Shown here: positions 13,801 to 24,590 of the stretch, in pieces | Layout of the letters: every line of letters begins with the position of its first letter | How positions within the stretch are numbered: position 1 is the first letter of the stretch | Assembly: GCA_950097015.1 (NCBI GenBank) | Contig: CATNEN010000039.1 | Location: 62,001-126,000, forward strand | Reading direction: 5' to 3' | DNA length: 64,000 bases | Source of the DNA: Macrostomum hystrix | Taxonomy: Eukaryota > Animalia > Platyhelminthes | Program-made: the position numbers and the translations under genes | Notes under the pieces: model-generated | What the model saw: the letters and a program-made list of their open reading frames with translations, nothing else | Told to the model about the DNA's origin: nothing | Databases searched by the model: none

Positions 13801-14170
13801 GAGGGCCCGGCGGCCTTCTTCACGTTGGTTGACGGCCTCCTGGCAGCGCTCATTCCAGAATGGCTGGCGCTGTTTTCGGCCGGCACCCGAGGGGATAGCC
13901 TGGTGCGCCGCCTTCAGGAAGGCTTTGCTGATCAGGTCGTAGAGGCGGTCGATGCTGCCCTCACCGTCCAGTTGGGTGGTGATTTGGTTAAGGGCGGAGT
14001 CGAGGCTATTGTGGTAAGAGGCCCAGTCCGCCTTCTTGAAGTTGAAGCGGCTGCGGCGGGAGCCGGGGACTGGCGAATAGGCTGAGCCGAACTGGATCCA
14101 GATCGGGAGGTGGTCGGATCCAATGTCGATTCCAGTCTCCCAGGAAGCATCGCGGGCGGGGAGGCATGGG
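10871..14170 (-). mobile_element. I/Ingi-group LINE, 5'-truncated (APE C-terminus, RT, RNase H, CCHC knuckle, (GA)n tail)
   Basis: ORF 11023-14202 has IGSDHLPI, YRPISLLS, GLPQGSVLAPLLW, LFADD and RNase H motifs WTDGS/ELVAI/FTDS/WVPGHAGLAGNEKAD. The knuckle is CPAC...HLLLDC. The tail abuts AACTGCTGTTGCT, which is uninterrupted at about 40231-40250. Confidence 0.92.
11165..14160 (-). CDS. Non-LTR retrotransposon ORF2 (RT + RNase H), N-terminally truncated with in-frame internal deletions
   Basis: About 1000 aa open frame. The segments LESRN|QAGFR and YGAAI|AEADLP are shorter than usual for this family. Confidence 0.85.
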
Positions 14171-14219
14171 AGGCATGGGAGCTCGAATAATTGAGCCGGC
14201 ACCTGTCGGTGGACATTTT

Positions 14220-14256
14220 GTTTGCCCAGTTGGCAAATTTGCCATCTGGGTAAACA
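14220..14256. other. Imperfect palindromic module GTTTGCCCAGTTGGCAAA|TTTGCCATCTGGGTAAAC, recurrent junction hub
   Basis: Dyad with 2 mismatches. Copies at about 15940, 18582 (inverted), 21702 (inverted), 26128 and 27757; half copies at about 15067, 15768, 18105 and 18506. Confidence 0.85.
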
Positions 14257-14770
14257 TGCAAGTCAAACCCGCACAGGTGCGGGACCGTTTGTGCGAATGC
14301 GCCCATTCCATTTTAATCCAGAGGATGTACTGGCGCGTGGGTGCCCGCTGCGCTCTGTGGACCCACGTGGTGCACGTCAAGGGGAGCGACCTGCGCAGTC
14401 TGCCGGCCATCTTGCAGGGGTCGGTCGCCCCGCAGCAGCAGCAGCCGGTCGTGCTGGGTGAGGCGCAGCAGGCAAACCAGCAGCCAGTCGAGGCGCAGCG
14501 GCTTCAGGCGGCAACGGTCGTCGACCGCCTAGATCAAGCGCAGCTACGTATGGTGCTGCAGCTTTTAATAGCAGACCCACCAGTTGGTAAGTGTGCGTGT
14601 GCCGAGCCTGAGGCGACCACCTGGTACGGCTAGGGCCCGATGATATTTGCAGTACTATATGTACCATGCTATTCCTTATAGCATGGCGCTTGTAATTAAA
14701 ACAGCGTTGTTAATCAGAAACAGCATGGCACTGTTCATTAGAAACAGCATGGCGCACATTATTAGAAACA

Positions 14771-15908
14771 GCAAATATAATGGCTCTGCAAATATAATGG
14801 CTCTGCAAATATAATGGCTCTGCAAATATAATAGCTCTGCAAATATAATGGCTCTCCAAATATAATGGCTCTGCAAATATAATGGCTCTGCAAATATAAT
14901 GGCTCTGCAAATATAATGGCTCTGCAAATATAATGGCTCTGCAAATATAATGGCTCTGCAAATATAATGGCTCTGCAAATATAATGGCTCTGCAAATATA
15001 ATGGCTCTGCAAATATAATGTGCAGTGATCAGTACGATCCCGCACCTGTGCGGGTTTCACTTGCATGTTTACCCAGATGGCAAATATAATGGCTCTGCAA
15101 ATATAATGGCTCTGCAAATATAATGGCTCTGCAAATATAATGGCTCTGCAAATATAATGGCTCTGCAAATATAATGGCTCTGCAAATATAATGGCTCTGC
15201 AAATATAATGGCTCTTCAAATATAATGGCTCTGCAAATATAATGGCTCTGCAAATATAATGGCTCTGCAAATATAATATTCCTTATAGCATTGAATCATT
15301 GAGGGCGTTGAATCGGGCGGCATTTTCCGGGTTCTCAGGGTCAGCAATGAGGGCCCGGCGGCCTTCTTCACGTTGGTTGACGGCCTCCTGGCAGCGCTCA
15401 TTCCAGAATGGCTGGCGCTGTTTTCGGCCGGCACCCGAGGGGATAGCCTGGTGCGCCGCCTTCAGGAAGGCTTTGCTGATCAGGTCGTAGAGGCGGTCGA
15501 TGCTGCCCTCACCGTCCAGTTGGGTGGTGATTTGGTTAAGGGCGGAGTCGAGGCTATTGTGGTAAGAGGCCCAGTCCGCCTTCTTGAAGTTGAAGCGGCT
15601 GCGGCGGGAGCCGGGGACTGGCGAATAGGCTGAGCCGAACTGGATCCAGATCGGGAGGTGGTCGGATCCAATGTCGATTCCAGTCTCCCAGGAAGCATCG
15701 CGGGCGGGGAGGCATGGGAGGCATGGGAGCTCGAATAATTGAGCCGGCACCTGTCGGTGGACATTTTGTTTGCCCAGTTGGCAAATAGCTCTGCAAATAT
15801 AATGGCTCTCCAAATATAATGGCTCTGCAAATATAATGGCTCTGCAAATATAATGGCTCTGCAAATATAATGGCTCTGCAAATATAATGGCTCTGCAAAT
15901 ATAATGGC
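14771..15908. repeat. 17-bp satellite GCAAATATAATGGCTCT, arrays 14771-15020, 15080-15277, 15781-15908
   Basis: Perfect tandem monomers; source of the spurious AEPLYLQSHYICRAIIF ORFs. Confidence 0.96.
15299..15786 (-). mobile_element. Duplicated fragment of the I/Ingi LINE 5' junction (copy of about 13751-14238)
   Basis: Identical sequence, including the chimeric LINE/module junction. Confidence 0.9.
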
Positions 15909-16419
15909 CTTAATAGGTCCGGCAGAAGGGGCCCATTTTGTTTGCCCAGTTGGCAAATTTGCCATCTGGGTAAATATGCTACTGAAACCCGCGGGATAGA
16001 TTGTGCCCCTGCGACAGGGCCCCTGCGACGGCCAAGAGGCCAAGAGACCTATTAAGACCTATTAAAACGCAAAAAACTAGCACAGATACATAAAAAATAA
16101 TGCAAATGGGAAAATGCAACACAGCTAATAAACGCACTTATTTTTGTAGACGTCGGGCTCACCAATAATGCGGAAGGCCTTTTGTTTACGAAGTTGGAGT
16201 GGCAGCGAAGTTAGTGTGCTGCATGGCACGTATAACCCGGCAACTTGGACATAATATTTCAGTATAACACTACTAATTATATATAAACATATGAGAGGTC
16301 AGTGTGTGTGAGACCCCAGGGGCTACCGGGCGGCGGGCTGGCTATGACTGTGCTGGCTGTGCTGCTGTTCTGCTGTGCTGCTGTGCTGCTGTGCTGCTGT
16401 GCTGCTGTGCTGCTGTGCT

Positions 16420-16775
16420 GGTGTTCTGCACCTGTTTTAACTTCTCGTGGTTTTTCGACAGCAGAAATGATGCCACGAACATCAACTTTCCTGTATTGTG
16501 TAATGCAAATTTGGGTAGAATAGTAAAAAAGTAAATGACTACGCGAATGGTGTTTGCTTGTACGAGCGTAACTATCTCACCCAAAAACCACTAAAACGTG
16601 CCAGATCTTTACTCCGAGGGAAAAACTCCCTACAGGGAAACAGAGGCATTGACATGCTAACACTTTATACTACTCACGTTTTCATTTCGATGCCGGAAAT
16701 ATCACATATTTTCTTGTAGTCCCGAGCACGCCGACTGACCATCTCGTGGGTGCTCATAATAGTGACCAGACTCAT
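16420..16775 (-). pseudogene. 5' end of a spliced OB-fold (RPA1 DBD-like) gene, copy 1: exon 1 16775-16678, intron 16677-16491, exon 2 from 16490
   Basis: GTGAGT donor and ATACAG acceptor. The phase-2 join gives MSLVTIMSTHEMVSRRARDYKKICDISGIEMKTKVDVRGIISAVEKPREVKT, with the I-x-D-[IL]...VD[VI]xG[IV] OB-fold pattern. It runs into a CAG/CAC microsatellite. Confidence 0.6.
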
Positions 16776-16798
16776 CGCCGCCACATCCGCTGACACCC

Positions 16799-16834
<36 letters not shown>

Positions 16835-17070
16835 ACAAAAAAGCAGAAGCGGAAGCTTCAGACGCAGCCGGCGAGGGATGCCCTGGCTGCAAAGCGGAAG
16901 GTAAACCCGCAACTTAACTACGCGCTTTGTAGCTACGAGTTGTTTTCTGGCATTCTCGCAGGTCTCTGAGGGGCAACGCGTGCCTCGCGGAAAGTTCATA
17001 CTTGTCACGCTCTCCGATTGGCTCAGGGTACCGGACATTTGAAAAAAACGCAAAATGCAAACCCATTGGT
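16776..17070 (-). promoter_or_regulatory. Putative promoter/5' UTR of the OB-fold gene: (GGC)n tract and two CCAAT boxes
   Basis: (GCC)n at 16800-16834, and minus-strand AGCCAATCGG (about 17014-17023) and ACCAATGGG (about 17062-17070), all upstream of the ATG. Confidence 0.4.
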
Positions 17071-17163
17071 CGTTATGAGTGATTCAACCCGGCACCTGGA
17101 AACTGACATATTCAGTTTGTATTTTAACTATCAATTTTTATGAGCCAAACAAACCCTAATGAA

Positions 17164-18272
17164 CTGCAAATATAATGGCTCTGCAAATATAATGGCTCTG
17201 CAAATATAATGGCTCTGCAAATATAATGGCTCTGCAAATATAATGGCTCTGCAAATATAATGGCTCTGCAAATATAATGGCTCTGCAAATATAATGGCTC
17301 TGCAAATATAATGGCTCTGCAAATATAATGGCTCTGCAAATATAATGGCTCTGCAAATATAATGGCTCTGCAAATATAATGGCTCTGCAAATATAATGGC
17401 TCTGCAATGTGCGCCATGCTGTTTCTAATGAACAGTACCATGCTGTTTCTGATTAACAACGCCATGCTGTTTTAATTACAAGGGCCATGCTATAAGGAAT
17501 ATGAAATATAATGGCTCTGCAAATATAATGGCTCTGCAAATATAATGGCTCTTCAAATATAATGGCTCTGCAAATATAATGGCTCTGCAAATATAATGGC
17601 TCTGCAAATATAATATTCCTTATAGCATTGAATCATTGAGGGCGTTGAATCGGGCGGCATTTTCCGGGTTCTCAGGGTCAGCAATGAGGGCCCGGCGGCC
17701 TTCTTCACGTTGGTTGACGGCCTCCTGGCAGCGCTCATTCCAGAATGGCTGGCGCTGTTTTCGGCCGGCACCCGAGGGGATAGCCTGGTGCGCCGCCTTC
17801 AGGAAGGCTTTGCTGATCAGGTCGTAGAGGCGGTCGATGCTGCCCTCACCGTCCAGTTGGGTGGTGATTTGGTTAAGGGCGGAGTCGAGGCTATTGTGGT
17901 AAGAGGCCCAGTCCGCCTTCTTGAAGTTGAAGCGGCTGCGGCGGGAGCCGGGGACTGGCGAATAGGCTGAGCCGAACTGGATCCAGATCGGGAGGTGGTC
18001 GGATCCAATGTCGATTCCAGTCTCCCAGGAAGCATCGCGGGCGGGGAGGCATGGGAGGCATGGGAGCTCGAATAATTGAGCCGGCACCTGTCGGTGGACA
18101 TTTTGTTTGCCCAGTTGGCAAATAGCTCTGCAAATATAATGGCTCTCCAAATATAATGGCTCTGCAAATATAATGGCTCTGCAAATATAATGGCTCTGCA
18201 AATATAATGGCTCTGCAAATATAATGGCTCTGCAAATATAATGGCTCTGCAAATATAATGGCTCTGCAAATA
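17164..18272. repeat. 17-bp satellite arrays (17164-17406, 17503-17613, 18118-18272) flanking a second copy of the LINE fragment (17636-18123)
   Basis: Block about 15200-15900 is repeated at +2337. Confidence 0.92.
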
Positions 18273-19769
18273 TTAAAATATTAAATATTATATGCAAATA
18301 TTAAAGCAACAGTAAAACCCCGTGTCAGCAGCAGCAGCAACAGCAACGGGACCTGCAACCAACCAACCGACTCTCAGCTGATTTCTTCATTTGACAACCA
18401 GCGCTAACCAGCAACAACAAGATTAAGGTGGAGGAGCTAGTGCAGTGGGGCCCTGAAGGCATGGGAGCTCGAATAATTGAGCCGGCACCTGTCGGTGGAC
18501 ATTTTGTTTGCCCAGTTGGCCTCTTGGCCGTCGCAGGGGCCCTGTCGCAGGGGCACAATCTATCCCGCGGGTTTCAGTAGCATATTTACCCAGATGGCAA
18601 ATTTGCCAACTGGGCAAACAAAATGGGCCCCTTCTGCCGGACCTATTAAGGCCATTTGTCCTGGGCCATGCATTAAAACATCTTCAACCTTCATTTTTGA
18701 ATTTCTAGGAAGCTTTCTAGGAGGCAATCCTAATGCAGGATTGCCGGTTGCGGCAGCAGGCTGTCATTTTTTATAGGCGCCGCATCCGCCACCGTATCGA
18801 TACCCTTTCCTTTTGCGGTGCTTACTGGATTTCTTCGAAGACGGCGGCTTCTCTTTGCGCATCATGGCAACGATGTTTTGGCCATATATTAAGACATAAA
18901 TATATAAAAAGCAGGGCAGGAGTCGGTGGTCACTATGGACACTATGGTGCGCACTATGAACAGCGACCACGCAGCAGAGTGCGCAGGTCACTCCCCTTGA
19001 TTTGTACCCCGTGGGTCCATAGTTTGTACCCCGCCGCCCGGTAGCCCCTGGGGTCTCACACACACTGACTATTGCGGCGGCAACTTGGACATAATATTTC
19101 AGTATAACACTACTAATTATATATAAACATATGAGAGGTCAGTGTGTGTGAGACCCCAGGGGCTACCGGGCGGCGGGCTGGCTATGACTGTGCTGGCTGT
19201 GCTGCTGTTCTGCTGTGCTGCTGTTCTGCTGTGCTGCTGTTCTGCTGTGCTGCTGTTCTGCTGTGCTGCTGTGCTGCTGTTCTGCTGTGCTGCTGTTGTC
19301 GGCCAAGGCGGTTGGCTGCCAGGACCGCACAGGGCCGACCAGGTAGATTGAGCACACAGAACAAAAGAAAAACTAGCTTATTTAAAGTAACTGCAGCTAG
19401 TAACACTGAGCGGTTTGAGTAAAAACGCAAAAAACTAGCACAGATACATAAAAAATAATGCAAATGGGAAAATGCAACACAGCTAATAAACGCACTTATT
19501 TTTGTAGACGTCGGGCTCACCAATAATGCGGAAGGCCTTTTGTTTACGAAGTTGGAGTGGCAGCGAAGTTAGTGTGCTGCATGGCACGTATAACCCGGCA
19601 ACTTGGACATAATATTTCAGTATAACACTACTAATTATATATAAACATATGAGAGGTCAGTGTGTGTGAGACCCCAGGGGCTACCGGGCGGCGGGCTGGC
19701 TATGACTGTGCTGGCTGTGCTGCTGTTCTGCTGTGCTGCTGTGCTGCTGTGCTGCTGTGCTGCTGTGCT

Positions 19770-20123
19770 GGTGTTCTGCACCTGTTTTAACTTCTCGTGG
19801 TTTTTCGACAGCAGAAATGATGCCACGAACATCAACTTTCCTGTATTGTGTAATGCAAATTTGGGTAGAATAGTAAAAAAGTAAATGACTACGCGAATGG
19901 TGTTTGCTTGTACGAGCGTAACTATCTCACCCAAAAACCACTAAAACGTGCCAGATCTTTACTCCGAGGGAAAAACTCCCTACAGGGAAACAGGCATTGA
20001 CATGCTAACACTTTATACTACTCACGTTTTCATTTCGATGCCGGAAATATCACATATTTTCTTGTAGTCCCGAGCACGCCGACTGACCATCTCGTGGGTG
20101 CTCATAATAGTGACCAGACTCAT
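19770..20123 (-). pseudogene. OB-fold gene 5' fragment, copy 2
   Basis: Near-identical to 16420-16775; exon 1 20123-20026, exon 2 from 19840. Confidence 0.58.
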
Positions 20124-20146
20124 CGCCGCCACATCCGCTGACACCC

Positions 20147-20179
<33 letters not shown>

Positions 20180-20508
20180 ACAAAAAAGCAGAAGCGGAAG
20201 CTTCAGACGCAGCCGGCGAGGGATGCCCTGGCTGCAAAGCGGAAGGTAAACCCGCAACTTAACTACGCGCTTTGTAGCTACGAGTTGTTTTCTGGCATTC
20301 TCGCAGGTCTCTGAGGGGCAACGCGTGCCTCGCGGAAAGTTCATACTTGTCACGCTCTCCGATTGGCTCAGGGTACCGGACATTTGAAAAAAACGCAAAA
20401 TGCAAACCCATTGGTCGTTATGAGTGATTCAACCCGGCACCTGGAAACTGACATATTCAGTTTGTATTTTAACTATCAATTTTTATGAGCCAAACAAACC
20501 CTAATGAA

Positions 20509-20686
20509 CTGCAAATATAATGGCTCTGCAAATATAATGGCTCTGCAAATATAATGGCTCTGCAAATATAATGGCTCTGCAAATATAATGGCTCTGCAAA
20601 TATAATGGCTCTGCAAATATAATGGCTCTGCAAATATAATGGCTCTGCAAATATAATGGCTCTGCAAATATAATGGCTCTGCAAAT
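20509..20686. repeat. 17-bp satellite array
   Basis: Tandem GCAAATATAATGGCTCT. Confidence 0.95.
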
Positions 20687-20762
20687 ACTTATCCTATGTT
20701 ATTAGCAGGGGATCGTAGCCGTCGTCCGGATAGCGACCGGGACGTCGGGCGAGACCCCAGGG

Positions 20763-20920
20763 GCCAGCCCGCCGCCCGGTAGCCCCTGGGGTCTCACACA
20801 CACTGACTATTGCGGCGGCAACTTGGACATAATATTTCAGTATAACACTACTAATTATATATAAACATATGAGAGGTCAGTGTGTGTGAGACCCCAGGGG
20901 CTACCGGGCGGCGGGCTGGC
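20763..20920. repeat. Perfect 45-bp inverted repeat with AT-rich spacer (foldback module)
   Basis: Arms 20763-20807 and 20876-20920 (GTCAGTGTGTGTGAGACCCCAGGGGCTACCGGGCGGCGGGCTGGC). Similar structures at about 19030-19177 and 41387-41544; single arms at about 16298, 19656, 36202 and 37970. Confidence 0.9.
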
Positions 20921-21767
20921 TATGACTGTGCTGGCTGTGCTGCTGTTCTGCTGTTCTGCTGTGCTGCTGTTCTGCTGTGCTGCTGTGCTGCTGTTCTGCT
21001 GTGCTGCTGTTGTCGGCCAAGGCGGTTGGCTGCCAGGACCGCACAGGGCCGACCAGGTAGATTGAGCACACAGAACAAAAGAAAAACTAGCTTATTTAAA
21101 GTAACTGCAGCTAGTAACACTGAGCGGTTTGAGTAAAAACGCAAAAAACTAGCACAGATACATAAAAAATAATGCAAATGGGAAAATGCAACACAGCTAA
21201 TAAACGCACTTATTTTTGTAGACGTCGGGCTCACCAATAAGGCGGAAGGCCTTTTGTTTACGAAGTTGGAGTGGCAGCGAAGTTAGTGTGCTGCATGGCA
21301 CGTATAACCTTGCCGAACAGACTGACACCTACAACATCTTTTGCATTCCCAACCTGACGAACCCGGAACGTGTGAATAAAGCATACATCTCAATTTCTAA
21401 GGCGATGCAGATGCAGAGAAAGCAAGTTTTTTTGAGTCATTTGCAAAGTATGCCGTCCATAATTCGGACATGGAGATCGACAACTGCGCTAGAAAGTTCA
21501 TAGAGAGTTTCAGGACAACTAAGGAGTTTTGCATCCCTGAGTTAACTGATCGAATTGACTCGTCGAAAGACGTCATCTTCCTGCACACAGGCAGGCATAC
21601 ATACACAGAAGACTCACCGTCTTCTTCCTTCACACACAGGCATATATATATATATATATACAGAAGACTCACGGTCTTCTGTCTGATGATTTCACTTGCA
21701 TGTTTACCCAGATGGCAAATTTGCCAACTGGGCAAACAAATTGGGCCCCATTTGTTTAAATTAACAC

Positions 21768-21883
21768 AAGCTTAAATTCTGAGAGCTTAAATGCTGAGAG
21801 CTTAAATGCTGAGAGCTTAAATGCTGAGAGCTTAAATGCTGAGAGCTTAAATGCTGAGAGCTTAAATGCTGACAGCTTAAATG
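21768..21883. repeat. 15-bp minisatellite AGAGCTTAAATGCTG
   Basis: About 7 tandem units. Confidence 0.92.
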
Positions 21884-21970
21884 CAACTGACACATCTCCA
21901 TAGACCAGACTCACCTAAGCCCCTGAGCGCGATGAGAGACGAATGTACTCCGCTTAATCTATGATACTGG

Positions 21971-22308
21971 TCATTCTCTCGCTCATTCTCTCGCTACTGT
22001 AACTCGCTCATTCTCTCGCTACTGTAACTCGCTCATTCTCTCGCTACTGTAACTCGCTCATTCTCTCGCTACTGTAACTCGCTCATTCTCTCGCTACTGT
22101 AACTCGCTCATTCTCTCGCTCATTCTCTCGCTACTGTAACTCGCTCATTCTCTCGCTACTGTAACTCGCTCATTCTCTCGCTACTGTAACTCGCTCATTC
22201 TCTCGCTACTGTAACTCGCTCATTCTCTCGCTACTGTAACTCGCTCATTCTCTCGCTCATTCTCTCGCTCATTCTCTCGCTACTGTAACTCGCTCATTCT
22301 CTCGCTCA
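21971..22308. repeat. 25-bp minisatellite CTCGCTCATTCTCTCGCTACTGTAA
   Basis: Period 25 (ACTGTAA at 21996, 22021 and onward). Confidence 0.92.
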
Positions 22309-22309
22309 T

Positions 22310-22843
22310 ATATATACACAGAAGACTCACGGTCTTCTTCCTTCACACACAGGCATATATACACAGAAGACTCACGGTCTTCTTCCTTCACACACAGGCA
22401 GGCATATATATACACAGAAGACTCACGGTCTTCTTCCTTCACACACAGGCAGGCATATATGTACACAGAAGACTCACGGTCTTCTTCCTTCACACACAGG
22501 CAGGCATATATGTACACAGAAGACTCACGGTCTTCTTCCTTCACACACAGGCAGGCATATATATACACAGAAGACTCACGGTCTTCTTCCTTCACACACA
22601 GGCAGGCATATATATACACAGAAGACTCACGGTCTTCTTCCTTCACACACAGGCAGGCATATATGTACACAGAAGACTCACGGTCTTCTTCCTTCACACA
22701 CAGGCAGGCATATATATACACAGAAGACTCACGGTCTTCTTCCTTCACACACAGGCAGGCATATATATACACAGAAGACTCACGGTCTTCTTCCTTCACA
22801 CACAGGCAGGCATAATATATACACAGAAGACTCACGGTCTTCA
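22310..22843. repeat. 51-bp minisatellite (same family as 9799-10180)
   Basis: About 10 units; translates as repeated YACLCVKEEDRESSVYI. Confidence 0.93.
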
Positions 22844-23929
22844 CGAGGATTCTGCGGGGATTCCCGCTTGAGAGATATTAAATATATTCTGTGGGGATTC
22901 CTGCTTGAGAGATATTAAATAGATTCCGTGGGGATTCCCGTATAAAAGATATTCAATAGATTCTGTGGGGATTCCCGTATAAAAGATATTCAATAGACTC
23001 TGTGGGGATTCCCGCTTGAGAGATATTAAATAGATTCTGCGGGGATTCACGCTTGAGAGATATTCAATAAATTCTGTGGGATTCCCGTATAACAGATATG
23101 CAATGGATTCTGTTTGGATTCCCGCTTGAGAGATATTAAATAGATTCTGCGGGGATTCCCGCTTGAGAGATATTAAATAGATTCTGTGGGGATTCCCGTA
23201 TTAGAGATATCAAATAGATTCCGTGGGGATTCCCGTATAACAGATATTCAATGGATTCTGTGGGGATTCCCGCTTAAGAGACATCAAATAGATTCCGTGG
23301 GGTTCACCGTATAAGAGATATTCAATAGATTCTGTGGCGATTCCCGCTTGAGAGATACCAAATAGATTCCGTGGGGTTCACCGTATAAGAGATATTCAAT
23401 AAAATAAGCGAAAAATATTGTACAAATATTTTCCATTTCCAAGTAATTGTCAATTAGCACTCTTTACTAAATAAAATAAAATTCCACTTTCCTCGGAATC
23501 ACGATGCCATCCCCCCACCGAATGCGGGGGGTCCCCGTACTATGACATTCTAAATTTATGAACATTATAAATTTGCGCATCATGGCAACGATGTTTTGGC
23601 CATATATTAAGACATAAATATATAAAAAGATATAAAAAAAATATATAGATATAATAAATGGTAATAAATAAATATATATAAAATAATAATATATATATAT
23701 AAATATCATTTCAGCGCTTGATATACGGGAAGATATTAAATAGATTCTGTGGGTATTCCCGTATTAGAGATATCAAATAGATTCCGTGGGGATTCCCGTA
23801 TAACAGATATTCAATGGACAAAATCGTAGCACCTTAGTTTTACAGCGTTTAGTATTTTGTGTTGCTGCGCCCGTAATCAATGGTTTATCATCGCAAATTC
23901 AGACCTCAATCCTGGGGACCGAAACGGAG

Positions 23930-24590
23930 ATGCAAACTACGATTGCAAAATTACTATTGGCTGGCATTTCTGGAGTTGCAGTGGACACGACCCGACCACT
24001 TGTCCGATGTTTCATTAAAGCATCACTCTTCGTGCATTTGCTGCCATCTGGCCTTGGTTTCAAAGATATAAATTCTTTAGACTACGATGAAACTTCTCAG
24101 TTCTCAGCCTCTATGGCTCTGGCGACGATGCATCAGCTCTCACGTTTATTACCAGCAAATGAACAGTACAGCATGTCTCATTTAGTGAGCACAGTGTGCA
24201 CTATTTTCAATAACAATGAAGATTTTTCTGATGTGTTTGAGCGTGTTGCGTTTGCTCATATGCATCTCGTCTTCTTTCTGCTCTCTTGCGTTTCCCTCCG
24301 GTGCGGTGTTCAACAAGCAAGTGCTTCATGTATTTTCTTCAAAATACAATGAAATGCAGCACAAATCTATGCGGAATCAAATCCTTAGGTACTTTTCATT
24401 GCCGACCTTTATGCAGTGGAATTCATTCCCCAGCTGCCAGAAAGCGTCCTGCGACGAGTGCCGTCAGAATGACAATGCCACGAGATATTTGTGCAAGGCG
24501 CTCTGCATTAGAGACAAAGTCTACAAAGTGACTAAACTGGAACAGGAGACAAATGGCACTTGCAAAGACGTCCAGGCCAAACTAAATCCG
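23930..24590 (+). pseudogene. Orphan intronless ORF fragment (frameshifted here; partial copies at 30586-31070 and 33251-33735)
   Basis: Complex non-repetitive protein-like sequence. The 30663-31166 copy reads through the point where this copy changes frame. Confidence 0.4.

Noticed and set aside
11290-14085. Many plus-strand ORFs over the LINE (also over the LOA and Gypsy relics)
   Set aside because: Antisense shadows of GC-rich coding sequence, with no motifs.
16772-17053. Poly-Arg/poly-Ala protein
   Set aside because: Arises from a (GCC)n tract better explained as the 5' UTR of the OB-fold gene.
14771-18272. 17-bp repeats alternating with unique segments as a CRISPR-like array
   Set aside because: Repeats are contiguous tandem runs, the intervening pieces vary from about 60 to over 1000 bp and are local duplicates, there are no cas genes, and the context is eukaryotic.
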